Below, in pieces: positions 7,901-16,722 of a stretch of 64,000 nucleotides of DNA. The position numbers and the translations under genes were made by a program. Location of the stretch: contig JBEKTQ010000004.1 in the NCBI GenBank assembly GCA_049515895.1, positions 32,001 through 96,000 on the forward strand. The letters run 5' to 3'. The DNA comes from Candidatus Bathyarchaeia archaeon (GTDB lineage: Archaea > Thermoproteota > Bathyarchaeia > Bathyarchaeales > Bathycorpusculaceae). Position 1 is the first letter of the stretch; each line of letters starts with the position of its first letter. The notes below the pieces were generated by a model. It saw only the letters and a program-made list of their open reading frames with translations. It did not search any database and was not told the DNA's origin.

Positions 7901-10659
7901 CCATCTTAGGGGAAAAGGCGCAGCTTCTGGAGAAATTCGGCTCACGCTTCAGCGGTCTTGAAACAAACTGGCAAGATATCGTCGAGGTTATAGAATGGGT
8001 GAAAAAAGTCCAGGCAGCTTTCCTTGATATTCCAGTTTCGCAGGCTTTCGCGCAATTAGCTGCTCAGGGACCAAGCGCAACTCCATCGAGCATGGAGCTA
8101 ACTAGAAAATATGATGCTTCTTTAAGAGTTCTCGAAGATTTTGGGACTCGTTTCGAAGCGCCGATGAAGTATAAAAACCAGTTTTTGAGGGATTTGGAAA
8201 TAAAAGTTATCAACGAACGAATTCACACGCTCCGGGACCGTGTTGACGAAATTCAAGTTTGGGTTGACTTCAAAGACATCAAGAACCGTTTTGCCCTCCG
8301 TGGCTTAGACCAGTTCTTCAACCATCTGGTTGAACAGAAACTCCCAGCGGCAGATCTGGTAGATGTTTTCCGCAGAGGCGTTTACCAAGAATGGATCAAC
8401 AACCTTTACAATGAAGATCCCAAGCTTGGCAAGTTCAGGTGGGAAAATCATGAGCAGTTAATCGCTGATTTTAAGAAACTGGATCAAGACCTCATTAAGC
8501 TGAGTTCCAGCATGGTTATCGAAGAGGCAAACAGCCGTAAACCCCAAGACATTCTTATTCAAGCCGCAGACTCCGAGGCAGCAATTCTTCAAAAAGAGGC
8601 GGCAAAGAAGAGGCAGCTGATGCCGATTCGAGTCCTATTCCAGAAGATTCCTAACTTGCTTGTCAAACTAAAACCATGCCTACTCATGAGCCCAATAAGC
8701 GTAAGCCAATTTCTACCACCTGAAAGCAAGTTTGACTTGGTCCTTTTCGATGAGGCTTCCCAAATTGTTCCCGAAGACGCAATTGGCTCAATTTACCGCG
8801 GAAAAACAGTGGTGGTGGCAGGCGATAACAAGCAGTTACCGCCCACGTCTTTCTTCCAAAAAAGCTTGTTCGACAATGTGGATTGGGATGAACTCAGCGA
8901 TGAGGACGTTGAAATCTTCGACAGCATACTCGACGAGTGCCTAGGCATTGGGTTACCAGTCAAAACCTTACGATGGCACTATCGAAGCAAGCATGAAGAC
9001 TTAATAGCGTTCTCGAACCACCGCTTCTACGAAGACACGCTCGTAACTTTCCCATCTGCACAGGCGCAAAATGACACTTTAGGCGTAAAACTAGTTTATG
9101 TCCAAAATGGCATCTATGACCGAGGCGGCCAAAGAAACAACATAAAAGAAGCAGAAAAAGTAGCAGACCTTGTCTTTGAACATTTCCGCCTCTACCCAAA
9201 GAAAACCCTCGGCGTCGTAACCTTTAGCGTAGCCCAGATGGAAACCGTTGAAGACGCCATAGACCGCCAATTAAAAGAACAACCCGATTTCGAACAGTTC
9301 TTTAAAGAAGACCGTTTGGAAGGCTTCTTCGTTAAAAATTTGGAGAACGTTCAAGGCGACGAACGGGACGTAATTTTCTTTAGCGTCGGCTATGGTTATG
9401 CCCTGCAAAAGCAAATGGCGATGAACTTTGGTCCACTCAACAAGCCCGGTGGAGAACGGCGCTTAAACGTTGCAGTCACAAGAGCCCGGGAAAAAGTGGT
9501 TCTGGTGACCTCGATTAAAGCTACTGACATTGACCCTGAAATAAAAGCAGTCGGCGTGCAAACGCTACGGTACTATCTTGATTACGCTGAGCACGGACCC
9601 GAAGCGTTAGAGTCCGTTAAGGCGATGGAAGGCGAGTTTGAATCAGCTCTGGATGAAGATGTGGCCGCAGAAATTAAGAAGATGGGCTATGAGGTTGTTC
9701 CACAAGTAGGATGCAGCGGCTACAGAATAGACATCGGCGTTGTCGACCCAGTTAATCCAGGAAACTTTTTGCTCGGCGTAGAATGCGACGGAGCCTCATA
9801 CAAATCGAGCAATAGCGCGCGGGACAGAGATCGCCTCCGTGAACAAGTGCTAAGACAGCTTGGCTGGCGCATTCACCGAGTTTGGTCTCCAGCTTGGGTC
9901 GCAAGACGCGACTCTGAAATTCGACGCCTAAAAGAAGACTTAGAACAAGCCAGTAAGCAGCAGATAGATAGGGAGACGCAAGAACCGATGATTGAAATTA
10001 AGGGGGGGATGACTCCGAAGACTGATGTCCAGAAAATCGAGTTTGCAGGCATCGAAAAAATCGGTGAACCCTACAAGACCTACCCGCTTAAGGCGTCATT
10101 TAACCCATACATCAGGGTTGCCTCAGCTAACGGCTCTGTCAATTCTAAGCAGAAGAACGAATTTCACTTTCCTGAGAACAGGGAAAACCAAACTAAACTG
10201 CTTGCTGAGCTTGTGCAGAATGAAGGGCCCGTAAACTTTGATTATGCCGTGGAGCGTTTAGCATCCGCGTGGGGAATCAAACAAGTGACGCCACAAGTAA
10301 CTCACGCTGTGAAAGAAGCCCTCAACAACCTGTTAAGAGAGCAAAAAGTCGTGCTCAAAGGCAGCTTCCTTTGGTCCCCCACGCAAAGAGAAACTCTAAT
10401 AAGGGTTCCAGTGCAAGGCATCCCCGAAACCAAACGCAAAGCCAGTTACATTGCCCCAGAAGAAATAGAATCCGCTATGTTGCTTGTTACACGTTACGCA
10501 TTGGGCATCAGCCAAGAGTCTCTGATTTGGGAAACTGCTAGGGTGTTTGGGCTTAACCGTTCAGCTGAAGGAGCGTTTGAGGTGTTCTCAGAAATCTTAC
10601 AGCGGCTAGTAAGGGACAGAAAACTCGTCTGCAAAGACGATGTTGTTACCGTTGCTTAA
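4939..10659 (+). CDS. DUF4011 + SF1 (Upf1-like) helicase + Vsr/MTES_1575-like nuclease + DUF3320 protein (Hhe-type); start may be ATG 4966
   Basis: WKSRLIDLSRRNSLL (DUF4011), QGPPGTGKSQT, FDEASQ, GDNKQLPPT, WHYRS, ENVQGDERD, RRLNVAVTRAR, YRIDIGV..VECDG..RDRDRLR..LGW. Confidence 0.88.
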   Translation: MQPVGVVVVMTQTVSSQPMKRVEDWKSRLIDLSRRNSLLYFHRNKRGSLSISQPDTQTAFNLLVLKKKKLEFWLPPPEKAQDTETQEKPQEQENPKGKGKTKTAKTAKGNTQASFNETLALADETQRPKANQLVSERMSRAELERSLKGLQWRSLLDYRERGVRILHAAFGTLDWVDFETKEQVQSPLILVPLELTRDSIRQPYSIGLPPVEDEEVLNPALQVKLKNDYKIDLPPLPEEWENLALQNYFDMVNQAVAELGWKVETSFDLGLFSFQKLVIYKDLEANAPLVTQHPIVRAIAGIKEGNLIMDGLPDEKDVDKIEPPDKTHQVLDADSSQRVSIEYALRGQSFVMQGPPGTGKSQTIANIIAECIANGKSVLFVSDKMAALEVVYKRLSEVGLAHFCLELHSSKANKQQVVAELKRSLDENLIPRKLPSPHEFEKMVDYREALNGYVAALHEKRQYLQRSAYEVLSLISGLERVPFVSVGLTELGTLTPQKMHELEALVSQLSKVWQVIEEPDFPWVGYRADVYNLELRSEVLSALENISETLLELQNEAEDFSAKLGVFPPETFVRVKWLLEVTKFLIESPKPEVYWLTDLNIDKLHAEAKTYLETSIWIKNTRVSLMERYQPSLFDLVLNQSADIEKQLEALSRILPGVGLEESEFLPEREKFLAFMRGTAVFARKWRETSQALAPRLGLDGEGLTINQIKELSRMALLCFAEDKPEPQWFDTKYFEQVADTVRKQKQLYQDHGLLKSRLDETYTDGIFQLDLDGLIARYNRYSQNPLKLFNSSYRNDQKQIARVTNNGKVPKTVLPDLVDARKVKKLQAQIEESAETVRALLGHFYDKSKTDFQGAEKALELTAEIRKLNWATTIPENLLKLITNTSSPSPMIKNLGLELQESINKWEQQLKDYSMFIPANIPKSNNAISQTPLPLLEEWVTETEKQLTPLRESTNVALATSKQEPQTYKQLMVDLKNAEDIRKKEAAILGEKAQLLEKFGSRFSGLETNWQDIVEVIEWVKKVQAAFLDIPVSQAFAQLAAQGPSATPSSMELTRKYDASLRVLEDFGTRFEAPMKYKNQFLRDLEIKVINERIHTLRDRVDEIQVWVDFKDIKNRFALRGLDQFFNHLVEQKLPAADLVDVFRRGVYQEWINNLYNEDPKLGKFRWENHEQLIADFKKLDQDLIKLSSSMVIEEANSRKPQDILIQAADSEAAILQKEAAKKRQLMPIRVLFQKIPNLLVKLKPCLLMSPISVSQFLPPESKFDLVLFDEASQIVPEDAIGSIYRGKTVVVAGDNKQLPPTSFFQKSLFDNVDWDELSDEDVEIFDSILDECLGIGLPVKTLRWHYRSKHEDLIAFSNHRFYEDTLVTFPSAQAQNDTLGVKLVYVQNGIYDRGGQRNNIKEAEKVADLVFEHFRLYPKKTLGVVTFSVAQMETVEDAIDRQLKEQPDFEQFFKEDRLEGFFVKNLENVQGDERDVIFFSVGYGYALQKQMAMNFGPLNKPGGERRLNVAVTRAREKVVLVTSIKATDIDPEIKAVGVQTLRYYLDYAEHGPEALESVKAMEGEFESALDEDVAAEIKKMGYEVVPQVGCSGYRIDIGVVDPVNPGNFLLGVECDGASYKSSNSARDRDRLREQVLRQLGWRIHRVWSPAWVARRDSEIRRLKEDLEQASKQQIDRETQEPMIEIKGGMTPKTDVQKIEFAGIEKIGEPYKTYPLKASFNPYIRVASANGSVNSKQKNEFHFPENRENQTKLLAELVQNEGPVNFDYAVERLASAWGIKQVTPQVTHAVKEALNNLLREQKVVLKGSFLWSPTQRETLIRVPVQGIPETKRKASYIAPEEIESAMLLVTRYALGISQESLIWETARVFGLNRSAEGAFEVFSEILQRLVRDRKLVCKDDVVTVA

Positions 10660-11378
10660 GGCTTATTTATTTCTCTGATGAGGGATGGCAGGTCACTGAG
10701 CGAAGTTATGATAAAGTTTGCAGAATTATGCTTAAGCTGCTCCAGAGTAGCCATGCCTGTCGGGATTCCCACAGCGATTGCCTTAAGCTCTTTGGCGCTT
10801 TGCATGTCAACAATGCTGTCTCCGACAATAACGGTTCCTTGAGCCCGTGCGTCTAACGCCTCAAGCGCCACCTCAAACTGTTCCGTGTGCGGCTTAACGT
10901 ATTTGACTTTGTCTCGAGGGACAACCGTTTTGAAGAAGTCCTCAATCTTGAAACGCTGGAGAATGTACTTCGCCGCTTTCTCGCTGTTAGTGGTGCACAA
11001 ACCCATCTTCAGCTTCATCCCATTAAGCTCCTTCAACATCTCGACGGCTCCTGTCTGCAAGCTTGTCGTTAAAGCAGCCTCCATCTCGTATTTCTCAGCT
11101 ATAGCCAAAGCTTGCGTGCGAATCTCTTCAAAAATGCGCGCAGAATTTGATTTATCACCATTTTTAAAGAAAATTTCCGATTTAGCCAGCATTTCAAATA
11201 TGCTTTCGTTAACTATCAGAACTGATGCGGGAACGCCAGCTCTTATAAGGTAGCCCCTAACTTCGGCGCGCATGGCTTTGAAATCCAAGTTGAAGTGGGC
11301 AAGTGTCCCGTCTAAATCAAATATTACTGCTTCTATAGTCACAGATGTTGGCTCCTTAATCCGAAACTGGGTTAACAC
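10656..11378 (-). CDS. HAD-superfamily hydrolase (phosphoglycolate phosphatase-like)
   Basis: FDLDGTL motif I, KP motif III, VGDSIVD motif IV. Confidence 0.88.
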   Translation of the reverse strand: MLTQFRIKEPTSVTIEAVIFDLDGTLAHFNLDFKAMRAEVRGYLIRAGVPASVLIVNESIFEMLAKSEIFFKNGDKSNSARIFEEIRTQALAIAEKYEMEAALTTSLQTGAVEMLKELNGMKLKMGLCTTNSEKAAKYILQRFKIEDFFKTVVPRDKVKYVKPHTEQFEVALEALDARAQGTVIVGDSIVDMQSAKELKAIAVGIPTGMATLEQLKHNSANFIITSLSDLPSLIREINKP

Positions 11379-11542
11379 TTACTCTTACAGAAATATACTT
11401 TGTGGTAAAATTCATCGCCAATGGCACAAGCTGAATTGCGAAAAAACAAGATTTCAATTGCTTTTTGTTTTGAGTAAAACCCCTAATTTCGCTTTTGTTC
11501 ATTGAGATTGATGCTTAGCTGGGTAGAAATTCGAATTCAACA

Positions 11543-12535
11543 TTACGAAGTTATTATTACCTTCAAAGCTTTCTCTACGGGATTATCGACTGTTTGCAGG
11601 GCTCTCTCAAAATCGTCAATCTTGAATCTGTGCGTAATTAGACCTTTCACATCAACCAGTTTCCTATCTATTAACTCCAGAGCCGCTGGGTACTCAATAG
11701 GCGAAAGGTAAATGGTGAAAAATGACGCTTCATCAGCATCCTCCAAGTTCAAGTACCCCTTCGACTCGCCGACCAAAGCCACTTTACCAGCCTTCCTAAC
11801 CAAAAACGGCGTCTGCTCAACGGTTTGTCTAGTTCCAGCAGCTTCAATAACCAAATCTGACCCGTGCTTTGTCAGTTTCCTAACCGTTTTAGCTGCGTCT
11901 TGTTTTTTGGCATTGATGACTGCGTCTGCGCCGTATTTCTCGCTTAATTCAAGCCTATAATCCTCTACATCAACTGCGATAACGCGGCAACCCTTCAGCT
12001 GAGCCACCTGCGTCATTAACAAGCCTATAGGTCCCTGCCCAATTACTGTCACCCAATCACCAAGATTAGGCTTCATATAATCGAGCACTCGAAGCGCCAA
12101 AGCAACAGGCTCCACTATCGCCGCCTCATCATCGCTTACACTTGCAGGAACGGGAATTAAGCTTCTAGGCAACATTGCTTTTGATTCAGCGAAGAACCCA
12201 TCACGTGTTAACCCGTAAAACCTGCCTCTGACGCAGTAGGTTGGCAATCCCCTAAGGCAATAATAACAGTGTCCGCAGTTAACCACAGGAACCATAACAA
12301 CCCGTTCGCCAGTGTCCTCGCGAACCCCCCAAGCATCATGCCCCAATATCCTGCCCTTTTTCATCCATTTCCAGTCTCCTCTATACAGGTGCATGTCGGT
12401 GCCGCAGATGCTTCCAGCTCTAAAGTGCACAGGAACCCATATGCCTTTCACTTTGGGTTCAGGAACGTTTTCAACATTGATCTTATGGGGTCCACGATAA
12501 ACAACCGCCTTCAAAAAAACATCAACCTCTAACAT
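11543..12535 (-). CDS. Zn-dependent medium-chain dehydrogenase (threonine/sorbitol dehydrogenase-like)
   Basis: ICGTDMH, GHD, structural Zn CGHCYYC..C, EP, GQGPIG Rossmann motif. Confidence 0.88.
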   Translation of the reverse strand: MLEVDVFLKAVVYRGPHKINVENVPEPKVKGIWVPVHFRAGSICGTDMHLYRGDWKWMKKGRILGHDAWGVREDTGERVVMVPVVNCGHCYYCLRGLPTYCVRGRFYGLTRDGFFAESKAMLPRSLIPVPASVSDDEAAIVEPVALALRVLDYMKPNLGDWVTVIGQGPIGLLMTQVAQLKGCRVIAVDVEDYRLELSEKYGADAVINAKKQDAAKTVRKLTKHGSDLVIEAAGTRQTVEQTPFLVRKAGKVALVGESKGYLNLEDADEASFFTIYLSPIEYPAALELIDRKLVDVKGLITHRFKIDDFERALQTVDNPVEKALKVIITS

Positions 12536-12626
12536 TTCATCGGCGACTGAAAGGTATTAAGTTTATTGTACGTGCCGTGTGGCTTTTGCGTTAGGTTAAT
12601 AACTCTAATAGCACATGCATGTTTGA

Positions 12627-12857
12627 ATGCCTATGGACTTGGAAGAGTACTCAAAAGAGAAGCTTTGGCAGCTACTTGTTGAAACAGTGCATGCTTCAGT
12701 TATGTACCCGACCCATAAGGCTTACACGCGCGGGAGCATTTTGCCGCTGAAAGCTGATGTAACCGCTTCTGAGCTTGCCGAAAGGCTTGGCATGCCGCTC
12801 GGTGAAGCATTGGTGATTCTGAGCGAGCTGCTGGAAGAGAGAAAATTGCCCGCTTAG
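12627..12857 (+). CDS. Small hypothetical protein with possible C-terminal HTH
   Basis: 76 aa ORF filling the intergenic space; ASELAERLGMPLGEALVIL resembles an HTH. Confidence 0.6.
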   Translation: MPMDLEEYSKEKLWQLLVETVHASVMYPTHKAYTRGSILPLKADVTASELAERLGMPLGEALVILSELLEERKLPA

Positions 12858-12925
12858 ATGCCTGTTATTTGTGTAGGACTCATGAGTTTTTTAAGCGAGG
12901 TACAATATTTAAAGCGCTGAGTTGC

Positions 12926-12949
12926 CGTTATGTTTATATAAGCATAACG
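12926..12949. promoter_or_regulatory. Palindromic operator, putative ModE box upstream of tupA
   Basis: CGTTATGTTTATATAAGCATAACG, a near-perfect palindrome just downstream of TATA-like ATATTTAAAG; same arms recur at 53646. Confidence 0.75.
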
Positions 12950-12973
12950 TTATCCCTAAAAACAGTGAAAAAA

Positions 12974-14332
12974 ATGAAAGTTCTAACAAAGGTACTCGCA
13001 GTAGTCTTGATTGTCATAATTATAGCTGGAATAGGCACTTACGCAGCATACACTTACCTTAAGAACACGCAAAGTACACCTTCACCGACTCCATCCCCCA
13101 CGTTCACCCCAACACCAACGCCTAGTCCAACCACATCTCCAACAGCAACTCCAACATCCTCTTCGAGCCCAACAACCATTCCTACCCCAACTCCTACTAT
13201 CAATACCTCACCCAACCCTCCCCGCACAACATTGACAGTAGCAACGACCACAAGCCTCCATGACACAGGATTAGAAGACAACGGAGCAGGCAACATCAAA
13301 GATGCCTTCCAATCAGAATATCCATGGATAACAATTAACTTCAATGCGTTAGGAACTGGCGCTGCAATAGCAAATGCAGAGGCAGGCGACTCGGACATGA
13401 TCCTTGTTCATTCGCCATCTCAGGAACTTAACTTTTTAAAAAGCGGGTCAGGAGTAGACCGCAAAATAGTGGCATACAACTTCTTCGTTATTGTCGGCCC
13501 TGCAAACGATCCTGCAGGTATCAGCAGCATGACTAATGTGAGTCTAGCTCTGCAAACACTTTACAACGCTACCCAACCTGGCAATCCGAAATACAACCCC
13601 AATGTTCAGTGGTTCTCAAGAAATGATGGTTCAGGAACAGCCACCGCAGAGCAGAATCTTTGGAAAGCCGCGGGATTCAATTACAATACATTAACAACAC
13701 AGACATCCTGGTTTCATACCACTCAGCAAGGGATGGGATTAACCTTGCTTGCAGCCAACAACGGCGTAGGCTCTAGTCCTTCGGGGTACACATTATCAGA
13801 CACCGGCACATACCTTTCCTATTACGATCAAAACCTAATACAATTGAAGATCCAAATTCAAGCTCAACAAGCCTTGCTCAATGTCTACAGCGCAATAATT
13901 GACAACCCGCAAAATTCTACTCTAGCGGGCACAAACTTTAACGCTGCCTTACTTTTCGTCAACTGGCTAGTTTCACCTCAAGGACAGCAAGTGATAGGCA
14001 GCTATGGGATTTCAACCTATGGGCAATCGTTGTTCACTCCCTTTGTTCCTCTGGTTAGCGGCGCTTCATCTAACACTACATTACTCGGTTGGATTCAAAG
14101 TTACGCTTACATGAATGCAAACCCTGCCATCAGCGCTAGCGGAACAGAGTGTCCGTCGCAGTACCGATATAACGCCGGTGACCTTTACTCGCCGTCTTAT
14201 GACGCAGTAGCGAACATGAACGCTAATGTTCCCATAGACTTTGTGAACTATACCGTAGCAGACAGCCAAAAGCCAATAATTGCACTGCCAGCAAAAAGCA
14301 GTCCGAGCACGGCTAAAATAATTTGGGAGTAA
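12974..14332 (+). CDS. tupA: Tungstate ABC transporter substrate-binding protein TupA
   Basis: N-terminal TM anchor, Pro/Thr linker, TTTSLHDTGL signature, GTGAA, YNFFVIVGP, SRNDGSGT, YTLSDTGT. Confidence 0.88.
   Translation: MKVLTKVLAVVLIVIIIAGIGTYAAYTYLKNTQSTPSPTPSPTFTPTPTPSPTTSPTATPTSSSSPTTIPTPTPTINTSPNPPRTTLTVATTTSLHDTGLEDNGAGNIKDAFQSEYPWITINFNALGTGAAIANAEAGDSDMILVHSPSQELNFLKSGSGVDRKIVAYNFFVIVGPANDPAGISSMTNVSLALQTLYNATQPGNPKYNPNVQWFSRNDGSGTATAEQNLWKAAGFNYNTLTTQTSWFHTTQQGMGLTLLAANNGVGSSPSGYTLSDTGTYLSYYDQNLIQLKIQIQAQQALLNVYSAIIDNPQNSTLAGTNFNAALLFVNWLVSPQGQQVIGSYGISTYGQSLFTPFVPLVSGASSNTTLLGWIQSYAYMNANPAISASGTECPSQYRYNAGDLYSPSYDAVANMNANVPIDFVNYTVADSQKPIIALPAKSSPSTAKIIWE
13075..13225 (+). repeat. 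Low-complexity Pro/Thr/Ser linker (TPSPTPSPT...) in TupA
   Basis: Translation STPSPTPSPTFTPTPTPSPTTSPTATPTSSSSPTTIPTPTPT. Confidence 0.8.
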
Positions 14333-14381
14333 GGTTAAGAAAAGCTCAAATAAACTTCCTCTTATTTCTTTTGTGATATGC

Positions 14382-15128
14382 ATGGCTGATATTATCGGTC
14401 CCGCATTCGAACAAGCAATCAAACTAATCTTAGGCGGCAATCACGACGTTTACGCGACAGTTTACCGATCCATCTACATTGCAGGTTTGGGAACGTTTTT
14501 GGCTTGTTTATGGAGCATTCCAATAGCTGTAGTTTTAGGTTTGTATAGTTTCAAAGGAAAATGGGTTATCAAAGGCATCTTTAACGCTTTGATCGGTGTA
14601 CCAACTGTAGCCTTAGGGCTGCTATTGTATTTGCTCCTGTCAAGGCAAGGCGAATTCGGAAGCTTTCATCTTCTTTACACTCTTAACGGTATCGCAATTG
14701 GCGAATCAATTCTCGTAACCCCAATAATTGTTAGTTTTGCATCAAACGCGTTGGCGACAGCTGACACACAGCTCAGGGACTTAGCCAGAACACTCGGCGC
14801 TTCAGGGCTGAGAACCAATTCAACTTTGATTCGGGAAACAATCTGGTCAATAATGCTTTCGATTACGGCTTCTTTTAACAGAGGATTTGGCGAGCTTGGC
14901 ATAGCGATGATTGTGGGCGGAAATTTCGTGGGCGTTACCCAAGTTTTAACTACTGCCATCAGCGTTCAGATAAACTTTGGAAATTTCAGTTTTGCTGTGG
15001 CTTACGCAATAATTCTTATGGCAATAGTGATTGCGTTAGCTTTAACGATCAGTCTAATTGAGCGGCTCAGGCAAGAAGATGCATCAATATATCGGCTCCA
15101 TTTCTGGAGAGGTCTAGGCGGAAGCTAA
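14382..15128 (+). CDS. tupB: Tungstate ABC transporter permease TupB
   Basis: Hydrophobic; GVPTVALGL, ARTLGA, GELGIAMIVGGN; follows tupA. Confidence 0.88.
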   Translation: MADIIGPAFEQAIKLILGGNHDVYATVYRSIYIAGLGTFLACLWSIPIAVVLGLYSFKGKWVIKGIFNALIGVPTVALGLLLYLLLSRQGEFGSFHLLYTLNGIAIGESILVTPIIVSFASNALATADTQLRDLARTLGASGLRTNSTLIRETIWSIMLSITASFNRGFGELGIAMIVGGNFVGVTQVLTTAISVQINFGNFSFAVAYAIILMAIVIALALTISLIERLRQEDASIYRLHFWRGLGGS

Positions 15129-15131
15129 AAA

Positions 15132-15848
15132 ATGAGTGTCCGTCTTCAGCTGGCAGATATTAAAAGAAGCTATCGAGCCGTAAAAGCTCTGCAATCAGTG
15201 TCGCTTGACCTACAGGGTGGAAAAATAATAGTTCTTTTAGGTGTTAACGGTGCAGGCAAAACAACGCTTATGCGGATTATGGCTGGCTTAGAAAACGCCG
15301 ACTCTGGAAAACTTATGCTTAACAATCAAACAATCGAATGTAAGGCTTTACGTCAGATTTCAACATTGGTTTTTCAAAGGAGTGCAATGTTTAGCCTAAA
15401 CGTTTACGACAATCTGGCGTATGGCCTTCGAATCAGAGGAGTCCGAAAAGAGGAAATACAAAAAAAAGTCGCTGAAGCCCTCCAAGAAGTGCGGCTCTCC
15501 GGATTTGAGAAACGAAAAGCAAAAAAGGCTTCAGGCGGAGAACAACAAAGAATTGCACTTGCCCGAGCATTCCTGCTAAATTCACACGTGCTGCTTTTAG
15601 ATGAGCCTACTGCGAATTTAGATCCGAACAGCGCAACCATCATTGAAAAGGCAATAGTGGCCCGAAAGCGCTCTGACCGCATTATAGTTATTTCAACCCA
15701 CAACCTAAGCCAAGCGAAAAGAATTGCTAACGAGATAATTCACATCTACAACGGCGAAATACTTGAGGTAGCAACGCCTGAGGATTTCTTTGACAACCCA
15801 AAAAGTGAAATCTCACGCAAATTCGTCAACGGGGAATTGGAATTCTAA
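15132..15848 (+). CDS. tupC: Tungstate ABC transporter ATPase TupC
   Basis: GVNGAGKT, SGGEQQR, LLLDEPT. Confidence 0.85.
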   Translation: MSVRLQLADIKRSYRAVKALQSVSLDLQGGKIIVLLGVNGAGKTTLMRIMAGLENADSGKLMLNNQTIECKALRQISTLVFQRSAMFSLNVYDNLAYGLRIRGVRKEEIQKKVAEALQEVRLSGFEKRKAKKASGGEQQRIALARAFLLNSHVLLLDEPTANLDPNSATIIEKAIVARKRSDRIIVISTHNLSQAKRIANEIIHIYNGEILEVATPEDFFDNPKSEISRKFVNGELEF

Positions 15849-16036
15849 TTGCAACCTTCGACTTCAGGCAAATTTCAGTCTCGCTGGGTTCATTTTCCCA
15901 TAGGTCCTCTATTGTCGGAGGCGGAGCAACATACCTCGTTTGGGCAGTGCTTAAGTCAACTAAAAAAACCTAGCAAAACCGCTTCTATCATTATCGACTA
16001 TCTTTATATGGACTTTGCAACATAACCATTTATAGA

Positions 16037-16594
16037 ATGCTTGCCAACAAAAAACGTAAGCTCTCATGCAAAGTCTGGTTAGAATACAAAGATAAACCGA
16101 TAATAGGCAAAGGTGGAGCCGAAATACTCGAAGCTGTCGACAAAGAAAAGTCCATTTCTAAAGCTGCGGAAACCTTAGACATGTCTTATCGTTACGTGTG
16201 GAATTACCTGCAGGATATTCAAAATGCCCTTGTGCAGCCGATAGTTGAAACCCACAAGGGAGGCAAGGCTGGAGGCGGAGGCGCGAAGCTGACGGATTTA
16301 GGGAAGAACTTGCTGGTTGAGTATAAGCAGGCTGAGAGCTACTTGGGGAACGTTTTGTCTAACTCGGGAAGTTTGGAGGTGAAAGCTTTGAAGTTGAGTG
16401 CAAGGAACCGATTTAAAGGGAAAGTTGTAGCAGTGGAAAAAGGCGTTATTACAGCTAAAGTGAAGGTTGAAGTGAAGGTGCCCGTAACAGTTACCGCCGT
16501 CATAACTAAGGACGCAGTTGAAGACTTAGACATTAAGGTAGGCGACGAAGTAGAAGCAATCATAAAGTCAACAGAAGTAATGATCGCCAAATAA
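16037..16594 (+). CDS. modE: ModE-family molybdate/tungstate-responsive regulator (wHTH + single TOBE/Mop domain)
   Basis: SISKAAETLDMSYRYVW, GGKAGGGAKLT, C-terminal LSARNRFKG..AIIKSTEV Mop domain. Confidence 0.9.
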   Translation: MLANKKRKLSCKVWLEYKDKPIIGKGGAEILEAVDKEKSISKAAETLDMSYRYVWNYLQDIQNALVQPIVETHKGGKAGGGGAKLTDLGKNLLVEYKQAESYLGNVLSNSGSLEVKALKLSARNRFKGKVVAVEKGVITAKVKVEVKVPVTVTAVITKDAVEDLDIKVGDEVEAIIKSTEVMIAK

Positions 16595-16722
16595 TCCTTC
16601 TAAATTTTTAATTCTTTTTCTTAACCGAAAAATGCCTAAGCACTATTTTTGCATGCACAAAATGGTATGGGTACAATTTTTCATATGAACTAAAGAAATG
16701 CCGGGGGGGTGGAGTCTTTTTT

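Noticed and set aside
12869-12973. 35-codon N-terminal extension of TupA
   Set aside because: Covers the TATA box and palindromic operator; ATG 12974 begins a normal signal/TM segment
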